64,000 nucleotides of DNA from a virus (taxonomy: Duplodnaviria; Heunggongvirae; Uroviricota; Caudoviricetes). Below, piece by piece: positions 18,873 through 28,100 of this stretch. The stretch spans positions 27,546-91,545 of IMG/VR virus record IMGVR_UViG_3300045996_000667, one strand, 5' to 3'. The notes under the pieces were generated by a model, which saw only the letters and a list, made by a program, of their open reading frames with translations, was not told the DNA's origin and did not search any database. Every line of letters begins with the position of its first letter. Position 1 is the stretch's first letter. The translations under genes and the position numbers were made by a program.

Positions 18873-19058
18873 GTGGACAACGAGGAGTTCTTTGCGGCGC
18901 TCGCTAAGACATCGGAGATCTTCTGCTCGAAATGCTCCTGCGTAACCGTGTGGGCGTGGTCCCAGGAACTGGAGCATAGATACTGCATAATCGCGTGCAA
19001 TCAGTGCGATCACAAAACCACAGTCAGCCCAGTCATTAGACAACTTTTCGGATTCTAG
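18873..19058 (+). CDS. EFFxAL/zinc-ribbon family small protein
   Basis: GTG-GAC start directly after the TAG at 18870; (M)DNEEFFAAL...CSKC...CNQCDH. Confidence 0.5.
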   Translation: MDNEEFFAALAKTSEIFCSKCSCVTVWAWSQELEHRYCIIACNQCDHKTTVSPVIRQLFGF

Positions 19059-19061
19059 AAT

Positions 19062-20930
19062 ATGGAATGGCTCAAGCTTAGAGACTACCAGCACGAGAAC
19101 CTGAACGCCGTTGCGGTCAACTTCTTCGCCCGCCCCGAGGAGGCGGTCTGGCGACAGTTGACTGTCCTACCGACAGGGTGTGGCAAGACTGTTGTCGCTG
19201 GCACCCTGCGCCATCAGCCGACCATCCAACAGTGGCTGGACACCTTCCCAACTGGCCAGCGTAGGATCATGTTCATCGCTCACACCGATGAGCTGATCAA
19301 GCAGGCTGCCAAGAAGATCAAGCACTACAACCCTGACCTGAATGTCCAGGTTGAGAAGGCTGAACAGCACGCTGATATCGATGCTGACGTGGTTGTGGCC
19401 TCTGTCGCTACCCTTGCGGCCTCCAACGGGCGCCGGATGGGCAAGTTCGACTTTGACGACTTCCGCATCGTCATCATTGACGAGGCTCACCACGCTGTCG
19501 CTGGGTCCTATCAGCGTGTGATGCAATACTTCAAGTTCCTGCCACCTGACGACTTCATGCCGCAGCCTGATGGCCTGCAGCTTGAGGCGGCGCTGGCGTG
19601 GCAGCGGGACCGGCTGAAGAACTGGGACGCGGTCGCTCCCCGTAACCGGCTCCTGATGGGGATCACGGCCACCTCGCGTCGAGGCGACAAGATCGGCCTC
19701 GAGCTCGTGTTCCAGAAGATTGTCTTCCAGCGCAATATGCTGGACATGATCAAGGCGGGCTACCTCGCCAACATGCGAGCGCTGCGCATCAACAGCAACG
19801 TCAATCTGGACAACGTCAAGGTCGCCGGTCAGGACCTCGACCAGGTGCAACTTGGCGAGGCTATCAACACCGCTGAACGCAATCGCCTGATTGTCAAGTC
19901 CTGGCTGGAACATGCCAAGGGCAAGAAGACGATCGCCTTCACGGTCAACATCTCGCAGGCCACCAGCCTCGCTGCCGAGTTCCAAGCCAACGGCGTGCGC
20001 GCCGAGGCCGTGTCTGGCAAGACGACAGACGCTGACCGCGAGCGCATTCTGAAAGACTTCGAGCAGCGCCTTATCGACGTTATCGTCAACTGCCAGATCC
20101 TGACCGAGGGCTTCGATGACCCTGAAGTCGAGTGCATCATCATGGCTCGACCGACCAAGTCACAGCTGCTCTACGTGCAGATGGCGGGCCGTGGCGTGCG
20201 GCTGCATCCCTGTGACCCTGTCGGCGTCAAGAGGACCAAGACGCCTCTGGACAGGTTGAAGAAGCCCTACTGCCTCCTGCTCGACATCGTAGACGTGACC
20301 AGCAAGCACCGCCTGATAGCAGCTCCCACGCTGGTAGGACTGCCGGCCAACTTCGATACGCAGGGCGTCGACCTCGTGGAGATGGTGGACAAGATCGAGC
20401 AGATCAAGGCCAAGTCGCCCTACATCGACGTCGAGGCGATGACGGCCGATGGAGCCAAGACGCTGGACCAGATCGAAGTCCAGGCGCAGGAAGTCGACCT
20501 GTTCGAACCATTCCACGACCCAGACATGGAGGAGCACTCCAACCTTGCGTGGATGAAGACGGAGCCGAACCACTTCGAAGTCTCGTTCCCTGGCCCTGTG
20601 ACCAACGAGAGCCTTATCATTCAGCAGAACACCATCGGACAGTGGGAGGTGCTGCTCAAGGAGTTCGGACCACCTCGGCCGGTTGGAAAACCAGCGCTGA
20701 GCATGGAGGAAGCCTTCGACAGTGCTGAGATGTGGCTGGAAATCAACCGCTCGATGCGGGTTAATGACCTGAAGCGGGACGCGGGCTGGAGACAGGCGGC
20801 TCCCAATCCCAGGCAGATCAGCAAGATCAAGGGCTACAAGCTGAACGTCGACCCGAAGAAGATGACCAGAGGCGAGGCTGCCAGCATTATCAGCCTCATG
20901 GAATCTCGCAAACGAAAGGCAGGCCGATGA
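19062..20930 (+). CDS. SF2 DEAD/DEAH-box DNA helicase
   Basis: 'LPTGCGKT' (I), 'IIDEAHH' (II), 'TATSRRGD' (III), 'QMAGRGVR' (VI). Confidence 0.85.
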   Translation: MEWLKLRDYQHENLNAVAVNFFARPEEAVWRQLTVLPTGCGKTVVAGTLRHQPTIQQWLDTFPTGQRRIMFIAHTDELIKQAAKKIKHYNPDLNVQVEKAEQHADIDADVVVASVATLAASNGRRMGKFDFDDFRIVIIDEAHHAVAGSYQRVMQYFKFLPPDDFMPQPDGLQLEAALAWQRDRLKNWDAVAPRNRLLMGITATSRRGDKIGLELVFQKIVFQRNMLDMIKAGYLANMRALRINSNVNLDNVKVAGQDLDQVQLGEAINTAERNRLIVKSWLEHAKGKKTIAFTVNISQATSLAAEFQANGVRAEAVSGKTTDADRERILKDFEQRLIDVIVNCQILTEGFDDPEVECIIMARPTKSQLLYVQMAGRGVRLHPCDPVGVKRTKTPLDRLKKPYCLLLDIVDVTSKHRLIAAPTLVGLPANFDTQGVDLVEMVDKIEQIKAKSPYIDVEAMTADGAKTLDQIEVQAQEVDLFEPFHDPDMEEHSNLAWMKTEPNHFEVSFPGPVTNESLIIQQNTIGQWEVLLKEFGPPRPVGKPALSMEEAFDSAEMWLEINRSMRVNDLKRDAGWRQAAPNPRQISKIKGYKLNVDPKKMTRGEAASIISLMESRKRKAGR

Positions 20931-21058
20931 CGTATCTCAGGTCACGTTGGTTCTGTTCGTCACACGGCTGGTCTTGGAGTGCTGGCCACTTTATAGTATT
21001 GGCAGGACACCTGTACTGCCCTGACTGCGGCGCTCAGGTCAAGGAGGTTAAGCAGTGA
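20927..21058 (+). CDS. small Cys-containing peptide
   Basis: ATGA overlap with the helicase stop; 'CPDCG'. Confidence 0.3.
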   Translation: MTYLRSRWFCSSHGWSWSAGHFIVLAGHLYCPDCGAQVKEVKQ

Positions 21059-21588
21059 ACATCAAGGACTGGCCGTTCGAATGCTCAGACTGGACAGGTG
21101 AATGCCAGCACCGGACAACGGTCTGCCAGAAATGTGAGGACCCAGAATGCAAGCACGGGCCGTTCGGATTCAGGGACCATGCCTACGTCCCAGGCGAGGA
21201 GACGCATAAGGCCTTCCTAGGCCCTAACAAGACAGGAGAAGCTATGAGCTGCGCGCACACATTCGGCAGGTTCTGTTCGGAATGTCGGCCTGTCATCGAC
21301 TGCGATGACGCTCTATCCCTGCTAACCTCTGGCGATGTGACACTACCTATCAAGCCTGGTCAGCGGGTGTCCAAGGAACTAGCCCTATTCCTGAACAACG
21401 CTATAACCATCGTGGAGGCCCTCAGGAGCCTCCAGGTGATGTCAGGAACCGACAACCCTATGCTGACCCTTGTCGATGACTATCGTCGCTCTGAGGCCAA
21501 GCCAGAGGCCTCCACGAGGCCTACAGATGAAGAACAGTTCTGTCAGAACCCTGATACGTTCTTCTCAAGGTTTAACAAGCCTACTTAA
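21055..21588 (+). CDS. Cys-rich protein (Cx7Cx2Cx5C cluster)
   Basis: GTGA coupling; 'CAHTFGRFCSECRPVIDC'. Confidence 0.5.
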   Translation: MNIKDWPFECSDWTGECQHRTTVCQKCEDPECKHGPFGFRDHAYVPGEETHKAFLGPNKTGEAMSCAHTFGRFCSECRPVIDCDDALSLLTSGDVTLPIKPGQRVSKELALFLNNAITIVEALRSLQVMSGTDNPMLTLVDDYRRSEAKPEASTRPTDEEQFCQNPDTFFSRFNKPT

Positions 21589-21826
21589 ACCAGCCGTTCC
21601 TGGCAAAGCTATCAGCAATCCCGTCAATATTGAACAGGAGTGCAAAGCCAAAGACGGCGGCCACTATCCCTGCCAGCGTACAGGCCACCACCAACACCCA
21701 GAAGATGCCAGTCAGCCCTATCGCCCATGCTAGGGCGATCAAGATTGGCATCGCCATCCCTAGGCCAATCAACCTAACCCGCCTAGCCCGCCTCTTAATG
21801 TCTGGTCCAACCCAGTCAAAGTCCAT
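21581..21826 (-). CDS. small 2-TM membrane protein (lone minus-strand gene in the plus-strand block)
   Basis: Strong SD GGGAGG 6 nt upstream of the ATG on the minus strand; hydrophobic helices. Confidence 0.55.
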   Translation of the reverse strand: MDFDWVGPDIKRRARRVRLIGLGMAMPILIALAWAIGLTGIFWVLVVACTLAGIVAAVFGFALLFNIDGIADSFARNGWFK

Positions 21827-22063
21827 CCCGTTTCCTCCCTCACTACAGAGGCTACCAGCCCCTGCCAGAATTCTTACCCTAACGAAGTAGGTTGCGAAAA
21901 TTTCCCATATCTGCCTACAATAGCCTTAGGGGAGGAGGCGGTGCTAGATCTTCTTCTTAGATAGGATCTATGTACTACACACAACTAGCTATACTTGTAC
22001 CAACGTGGAACTAAGAGTAGGGAAAAAACTAAAGAGCAGTTTTTTCGTAGGAGCGAAGCTCCT

Positions 22064-22087
22064 ACGGCGCTGACGCGCCTTTTTTCT
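22064..22087 (+). terminator. Rho-independent terminator-like hairpin plus T6
   Basis: GGCGCtgacGCGCC followed by TTTTTT. Confidence 0.45.
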
Positions 22088-22150
22088 GGAGGAAGAGACT
22101 GGCTTCGCCCTCGGGCAACCCCTGGAACCGGCCACGAGCGAAGAATTGTG

Positions 22151-22185
22151 TTGACACACACAAGGAGCTTGTGTATTATGTGTCT
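22151..22185 (+). promoter_or_regulatory. strong sigma70-like promoter TTGACA-N17-TATTAT
   Basis: Near-consensus -35 and -10 with exact 17-bp spacer; AGGAG SD before the ATG at 22220. Confidence 0.65.
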
Positions 22186-22219
22186 ATCGCTGACGGCAAC
22201 TAGCCCTCACAGGAGACAC

Positions 22220-22975
22220 ATGTCAAAGCTACACCAGTTGATCGCAGTGGACGCCACCCTCAAGGGGAAGGCCACCGCTACGCTCAAGGACCTGACCCAC
22301 ACCTTCAAGAGCAAGGCCCACCTTTTCAGCGGGCACAAGAAGGTCTTCTATCCCTCCGCTGACGGCCAGGAAACCTCTGTCGAGTCAGAGCTGGCGGTCA
22401 ACACCAATGTTCCGAAGGAACTGGAGTGGATCACCGCCATGTTGGCGCCGGCGTTCGACAACGCATTCCAGATCGCTCTCGGCAATTCGTCGGCCAAGGC
22501 AGACGTGATGCTCAGCGGGAACGTCACTTTCCTGAGCGGCATCCCTGCGACCGCGCTTCTCGAGCTGGACAAGCGACTGACCGAGATTCAGCTCTTCGTT
22601 CAGGCGATCCCGACGCTCGACCCTGCCAAGGGCTTCAAGCCGGCCGATGACCAGGGCCACGGCATCTACGAGGCTCGCACCGAGAAGAAGGCGCGGACGG
22701 CCAAGCAGCAGAAGGCGCTGGTGCTATATCCTGCCACCCCTGAGCATCCGGCTCAGACGCAGCTCATCAGCGAGGACGTCAAGGTTGGCGACCTCGTGAG
22801 CCAGGAGTGGAGCGGCCTCATCACCGTCACCGCCAAGGGCGACATGCTCGATCGCGTCGAGGAGCTGCGCGTGGCCGTGAAGCGCGCCCTGTCGAAGGCG
22901 AACGATACCAACGTCGACACTAACTCGACCATCGGCTCGAAGGTGCTCGGATACATCTTCAAGGGCACTAAGTGA
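22220..22975 (+). CDS. hypothetical protein, probably highly expressed
   Basis: ATG at 22220 with strong promoter and SD upstream; no recognisable motif. Confidence 0.6.
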   Translation: MSKLHQLIAVDATLKGKATATLKDLTHTFKSKAHLFSGHKKVFYPSADGQETSVESELAVNTNVPKELEWITAMLAPAFDNAFQIALGNSSAKADVMLSGNVTFLSGIPATALLELDKRLTEIQLFVQAIPTLDPAKGFKPADDQGHGIYEARTEKKARTAKQQKALVLYPATPEHPAQTQLISEDVKVGDLVSQEWSGLITVTAKGDMLDRVEELRVAVKRALSKANDTNVDTNSTIGSKVLGYIFKGTK

Positions 22976-23139
22976 TTGTCGAGAAACTGCTGGTCGCCGC
23001 ACGAGACGAAGACGGCGTGGCTCAGCGCGGGAACGACTTTTCAAAGAGCGCCAAACAGCGTGCGCTTTTGTTCCGCGAGGCCGCAGCAGAACTCCTAAGG
23101 CTTCAGGTCGAATTGGAGCACTTCAAGGCTTCGTCATAG
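22971..23139 (+). CDS. small helical protein
   Basis: GTG start overlapping the upstream stop. Confidence 0.3.
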
Positions 23140-23440
23140 GATTCCCGGCGGGTTGTCTCGTCTCACAGCTTTCGGCTTCTGCGAGAGAGGCTATTGGGCT
23201 GTGTTGGCCCGCCCGGAAACAACTTGGGAGGGGATCTAGCCTCGCTGGCAGGCCGCTGCTAGAGCAGCCTAGCCAATGATGCCCCTCCCGACAGTATCTT
23301 TGCCAGTCTCTAACCACACTGGCAGCAAGTGGGTATAGGCTTAAATTTAGGCTCAAGGTTAGAACCAGTCGGAGCTGGTATCAAGCTTAAGTGGATGCCC
23401 AAAAGGTTAACGAACGGCCAGCACGCCTATTAGCACGTCG

Positions 23441-23520
23441 GACCTTTACTGGAGGTCGCCGGTTCGAATCCGGTCCCGCGCCCCAAAAACACATGCGCGG
23501 GTAGCTCAGCGGTAGAGCGA
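23441..23520 (+). ncRNA. tRNA-like element in permuted order: 3' half (variable AGGTC, T-arm GGTTCGAATCC, acceptor CCCGCGC-C-CCA), 9-nt spacer, then 5' half (acceptor GCGCGGG plus canonical D-arm TAGCTCAGCGGTAGAGC)
   Basis: The two acceptor strands pair perfectly with each other but neither has a partner in the normal orientation. Confidence 0.35.
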
Positions 23521-23621
23521 CAGTCTTAATAGCCAACCGGCGTCGGCTAACAGGTGAGGATAGCTCGTTCGGCATGATCTGCTAGGGACCTGCTAATAGC
23601 TCCTAGCGCTATCATACGATT

Positions 23622-23654
23622 ACAGGGCCGGTATTCAGGAACGAAGCCGGCCCT
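23622..23654 (+). other. stable hairpin (9-bp perfect stem CAGGGCCGG/CCGGCCCTG)
   Basis: Inverted repeat seen in the sequence; no T-run. Confidence 0.4.
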
Positions 23655-23667
23655 GCCTTAACTGCCC

Positions 23668-23820
23668 ATGACACCATCTGAAAAAGACTACTACCGCTAC
23701 TACGGGGAGACAGCTACAGAATGCTGTGAACAGTGCGGCAGATGGCACGACATTAACAAGAATCCCTGCAACAGGAAACAGGCTGCCAAAGTAGCAGCCG
23801 ACTCTGGCCCCGTCGATTAG
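23668..23820 (+). CDS. small Cys-containing peptide
   Basis: 50-aa ORF 'MTPSEKDYYRYYGETATECCEQCGRW...'; its 3' end overlaps the tRNA-like element. Confidence 0.3.
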   Translation: MTPSEKDYYRYYGETATECCEQCGRWHDINKNPCNRKQAAKVAADSGPVD

Positions 23821-23876
23821 CGGCAGGTCGTGCCCTCTTAGAGGGTGAGACGCGGGTTCGAATCCCGCCGGGGCCG
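23806..23876 (+). tRNA. tRNA-like gene with atypical anticodon arm (possible anticodon UUA)
   Basis: Perfect 7-bp acceptor GGCCCCG/CGGGGCC; T-arm GCGGG-TTCGAAT-CCCGC; anticodon region folds as CCCTC-TTA-GAGGG rather than a 7-nt loop. Confidence 0.35.
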
Positions 23877-23914
23877 TGCTTACACAACGAACGAGGCGTC
23901 ACCGCACGCCTACA

Positions 23915-23929
23915 ATGCACAATGTGCAA
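23915..23929. repeat. palindrome variant ATGCACAATGTGCAA
   Basis: 36 nt upstream of tRNA-Leu. Confidence 0.8.
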
Positions 23930-23950
23930 GAGGTGTAAGGCAACTTTTTA

Positions 23951-24034
23951 GGGACTGTGGTGGAAAGGCATACACGGCGGTCTTAGGAACCGCTGGGGCA
24001 ACCCGTGAAGGTTCAAATCCTTTCAGTCCCACCA
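23951..24034 (+). tRNA. tRNA-Leu (anticodon UAG), class II
   Basis: Acceptor GGGACTG/CAGTCCC; AC stem GCGGT/ACCGC; loop CTTAGGA; 13-nt variable arm; T-loop TTCAAAT; encoded CCA. Confidence 0.6.
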
Positions 24035-24040
24035 ACTCTC

Positions 24041-24277
24041 ATGGATTACAAGCTTCCTGACGGAACTCGTACTGACTTCCATCTTCTCTATCTCGAGAAG
24101 TGGTCCAAGGCTGCGCAGAAGCTTGACAGCCTGTTCAAGCCGCTCGGGTATCGATGCAATGCATACGATCCTGACTTCTCTATGGTGAGCGACGAGAGGG
24201 TCAACGGCATGAAAATGTACCACTCATTCACGCTACCAGCTCATGTAGCGATGTTCTTGATATCCCAGGTGAAATAG
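24041..24277 (+). CDS. hypothetical protein
   Basis: ATG at 24041 in frame with track ORF 24005..24277. Confidence 0.5.
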   Translation: MDYKLPDGTRTDFHLLYLEKWSKAAQKLDSLFKPLGYRCNAYDPDFSMVSDERVNGMKMYHSFTLPAHVAMFLISQVK

Positions 24278-24278
24278 C

Positions 24279-24515
24279 GTGCGCAAGTATTTGGTTCCCA
24301 GCTTTACCGTTCTAGTAGCGGTCTGTGTTTTCTTCGCTTTCATCCCTACCACCACGGTACCGGAACTGCCGACAAGCCCTGAGGCGTTCATTGCTGATCG
24401 CACACCAAGCGCACCACTCGTTTTCTATTTCAACGAGGTAGTCTTGGAGACGCCGAAGCCACCAAAGCGCAAAGTCCGCGCGACGTACCGATACGAGCGG
24501 CGGTTCGATAAGTAA
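24279..24515 (+). CDS. small secreted/membrane protein
   Basis: GTG start; N-terminal hydrophobic segment. Confidence 0.5.
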   Translation: MRKYLVPSFTVLVAVCVFFAFIPTTTVPELPTSPEAFIADRTPSAPLVFYFNEVVLETPKPPKRKVRATYRYERRFDK

Positions 24516-24521
24516 CAATTC

Positions 24522-24602
24522 GGGGAATTGGCCCAGCCTGGTCTACGGCGCTCGCTTTGGGAGCGAGAAATATCGGGGGTTCGAATCCCTCATTCCCCAC
24601 CA
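24522..24602 (+). tRNA. tRNA-Pro (anticodon UGG)
   Basis: Acceptor GGGGAAT/ATTCCCC; D-arm TGGCCCAGCCTGGT resembles E. coli tRNA-Pro; AC stem CTCGC/GCGAG; loop TTTGGGA; encoded CCA. Confidence 0.65.
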
Positions 24603-24603
24603 C

Positions 24604-24690
24604 GGAGAGTCGGGCTATTGGCTGGCCAAGCAGTCTTGAAAACTGTCGCCGGTAAAACGGCTGGGGGTTCGATTCCCTCACTCTCCGCCA
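24604..24690 (+). tRNA. tRNA-Ser (anticodon UGA), class II
   Basis: Acceptor GGAGAGT/ACTCTCC; loop CTTGAAA; long variable arm CGCCGGTAAAACGGCT; T-loop TTCGATT; encoded CCA. Confidence 0.6.
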
Positions 24691-24698
24691 CTCTTTAA

Positions 24699-24775
24699 GC
24701 CACCGTAGCTCAATCCGGTAGAGCAGCACATTTGTAATGTGACGGTTGCGGGTTCGATTCCTGCCGGTGGCTCCA
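24699..24775 (+). tRNA. tRNA-Thr (anticodon UGU)
   Basis: Acceptor GCCACCG/CGGTGGC; D-arm TAGCTCAATCCGGTAGAGC; loop TTTGTAA; T-loop TTCGATT; encoded CCA. Confidence 0.65.
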
Positions 24776-24841
24776 TCCTACCTAATACATTAGCTATCCT
24801 GTTAGGGTAAGTATTCTGGGTATGTCCTGTAAGCTAGCGAC

Positions 24842-25147
24842 ATGCTCAAGAAACTAGGCTTGCTGGCTGCCGGGGCTGTGTTTGGAGTCCTCATCTCCTT
24901 CGCACCAACAGCCTACGCACAGCTCACCATCAACTCTGGCGCTGTCATCTCGACGGACGTGTATGGCAATACCGTCATCGGGAACGGTAATTCTGCCACT
25001 CTCTTCCGGTCATCCCTGGCCGCTCCTACCAACACCAGCAACGGCATGTGCTGGATTCAGATCACGGGGTCTGGTACACGCACAGCCGAAATCAAGTGCA
25101 ATGACAACGGCGACGTTGTCACGCTGGCACAGGTCGTCAACCCATAA
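24842..25147 (+). CDS. small secreted protein (signal peptide, AYA|Q)
   Basis: N-terminal 'MLKKLGLLAAGAVFGVLISFAPTAYA'. Confidence 0.55.
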   Translation: MLKKLGLLAAGAVFGVLISFAPTAYAQLTINSGAVISTDVYGNTVIGNGNSATLFRSSLAAPTNTSNGMCWIQITGSGTRTAEIKCNDNGDVVTLAQVVNP

Positions 25148-28100
25148 TGAATATCCGTAAGGTTCTCGCAGCTGCTATCCTCGCTCTCGGAGTCCTGACA
25201 GGACGAGCAGAAGCTGCCACTCTCACCGTCTGCGCGACAGGCTGCACCTACACGAACAGCCAGCTTCAGACCGCGCTCAATGCGGCCGTCGCCGGCGACT
25301 CGGTGCTCTTGCAGGCTGGCTTCACATACGTCGGCAACTACACGTTGCGGCGACACGGTGGGGCGTCCAATGTCACCGTCCGAACTGGCGTGACATCGAC
25401 TGGTAGCATTATCAGCCTCGGCTCGTTCCCTGCTGCTGGCGTTCGCATGACGAACGCGCTGGCCACGACATACAACCTGGCAATCCTGAAGTCCAATATC
25501 AACAACGAGCCAGCTCTCCGAACCGCTGATCCCAGCGCCGGCGTGGCTACTCAGTATTGGGCCATCAAGTGGATCAAGATCATCGCCGGCGGAACCGGAG
25601 GCGCGTTCTACGGAGGCGGCGACCTACTGCGGCTCGGTGACGACAGCAATAGCACCGTTACCCAGATCTCAGAGATTCCAAGCAACTTCACCCTCGAGCA
25701 GTTCGTCCTCGCTGGCGACCCTGTTAAGGGTCAGTTCCGTGGGCTGTCGCTCCACGCCAACAACGTCACCGTCAAGGACTGCACGATCCAGGACATCAAG
25801 TCTAGTGCAGAGGGTCAGGGCGTGTTCATTAACAGCTCTGAGGGTCCTTATACGATTGACAACTGCTACATCGTTGGTAACGGCGAGAACGTGATTGCTG
25901 GCGGCGCTAGCGGTGCAGCTCGCCCGTCAGTAACGGTATCAGCTTCTCCAGCCCCGACGACCACCTCGGCAACGTTGTCAACCTTCAATGGTCTGCGCGT
26001 TGGGAAGCATCTCACCTTCGACGTTACGTTGGGCGGCACGACCGTTGAGCAGCTCACGAAGATTGTGTCTTGCGGGACATCAGTAGACGGCGCGCTGTGT
26101 ACCAGTGCCAACGTTACATTTACCGCACTTGACGCAGCGCCGAACGTGGGCGGTGATGTGGACTGGGGTCCTTCGCCAGCCAACCTAACGTTTACTAGGA
26201 ACCTTGTAGAAAAGCCACTCGACTGGCGGAACCCGATTCTTGGTACACCACAGAATCCTACCGCTTCAGGAGTGGCAGGCGGAACACTGACTGCTGGCAA
26301 CTACTCGTATCGCGTTGTGGCGCGCATGGGCATCGCCAACGCTGCTACGGCTCGGTCAACGGCCTCTACAGAGGTAGCCGCGACACTGTCTGAAACTGGA
26401 TCCGTTCGAATCACCTGGAGTCCAGTGACCAATGCAGAAACCTACTACATCTACGGTCGAAGCTCTGGAGCTCAGAACGTTCGATTTAGCGTTACGACTT
26501 CTGCGTGCAGTGCGACGGTATGCACATACACGGACACAGGTTCGGCTGGCACTACAGAGAGCGTCCCCACTTCGACCGGAACGACGTGGTTCATTAAGAA
26601 TATTTTCGAACTGAAGCACATGGACACAGCCCTAGTTGAGGGCAATGTGTTCAGCGGCTCATGGGCTGACGGACAGACTGGATACGCCATCGTATTTACT
26701 GTTTCCAATACCAGTAATGGCAACGACTCCACCATCCTGCGCCGCGTGACGTTCCGAAATAACATCGTTAAGAACGCAGCTGGCGGTGTGCAGATCGGCG
26801 GGCGCGATCTCAGCTCTGGAGTTCCATCCGCACGAACAGAAGACTTGACGTTCCATAACAATCTGTTCTTTGACATGGGCACAAGCTTCGGAGCCTCTAA
26901 CCGAGTATTCATTATCACGACTCGTGCCCATGCCAATATCTACCCCGCTGGCACACCCATGGGGCCAAGGAACATCACGCTAACGCATAACACATTTGCC
27001 CAGACATCTGGCAATGCGTTTATCTGGTTCGACCTGTTCAAGACAATCGAACAGGCAGTCGAGAATATGACTGTTAGCAACAACATATTCTACAAGCTGG
27101 GCTATGGAATGACAGGTGGTAACAGTTGTGGAGAGGGTGACTTTACTAACGCCTCTACGACTGGATGCTGGACGATGCACGTGACGGGCACGAGGAGCTG
27201 GCTCAAGAACCTCGGCGCTGACATTACCTGCGCGAACTACCCAGGCGGCAGCGCTCAGAACTTCTGCCCGTCGACTGCTACGCTGAGGAACGAGTTCACT
27301 GACTTCGATAACGACAACTACCTGCTGAAGTCGACATCTCCGTATCACAACGCCGGATCTGACGGCACTGACCTCGGTGCCAATATCTCTGCCATTGCTG
27401 CCTTCACCAATGTCGCCCTGTCAGGAGATGCTACTGGCGGCACGCCGGTTGTTCCTCCTACTATCACGACGTCTTCGCTACCAAGCGGCAACACAAGCAC
27501 TAACTACTCGGCCACAATGACAGCCACTGGATGTTCTGGTAGCTGCTCGTGGAGTGTTAGCGGGCAGCCGACTGGCGTGACCATGAGCGCGGCTGGCGTG
27601 TTTGATGGACGTCCAACAGTTCCAGGCACCTACACGGTTGTAGTGACCGCGACTTCAGCTGGCGTATCTAGCAACGCTACGTATACAGTAACCATCACCA
27701 GCCCGACACCAGTTCCAGACGAACCTACGACACCTCGGGCGCTGCGGCCGTCAATGTGGAACGGCAATTATTGCCGGTCATTCGTCGGACCAACGGAGCC
27801 TGAAGAGAACTCCACCACGGCTCTTAAGGTCTGCGACACATGGTGGGACACGACCAATATCGCGTTCAAGGTTCTGCAGGCTACTGGACCAGTGAAGGTG
27901 TGGACCACAGTGAGCGGCGGCGGGTCTAGCACCCAGCCTGCAAGCGTGATGGTCAACTCGTCAACAGTCAACATTACGCCTGGTAACAGTGGCGCTTACG
28001 CTGAAATCGTTGGTTCGGCTAGGCGTCGGTTCGTGTATGACACGCAGAACTTTACCCAGATCTCAATCGTTCTCACTCACCAGGCGTCAGACCTCAGCGC

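Noticed and set aside
21055-21588. WhiB-like Fe-S transcription factor
   Set aside because: A Cx7Cx2Cx5C cluster exists, but the G(V/I)WGG turn and basic C-terminal tail of WhiB are absent.
23496-23575. Stand-alone complete tRNA starting at GCGCGGG
   Set aside because: No anticodon stem, T-arm or complementary 3' acceptor strand can be formed from the downstream sequence.
23140-23640. Two-piece (permuted) tmRNA as the explanation for the 3'-half/5'-half arrangement
   Set aside because: The 5' portion has a full canonical D-arm rather than a tmRNA D-analog, and no convincing tag reading frame (ending ..ALAA) is present downstream.
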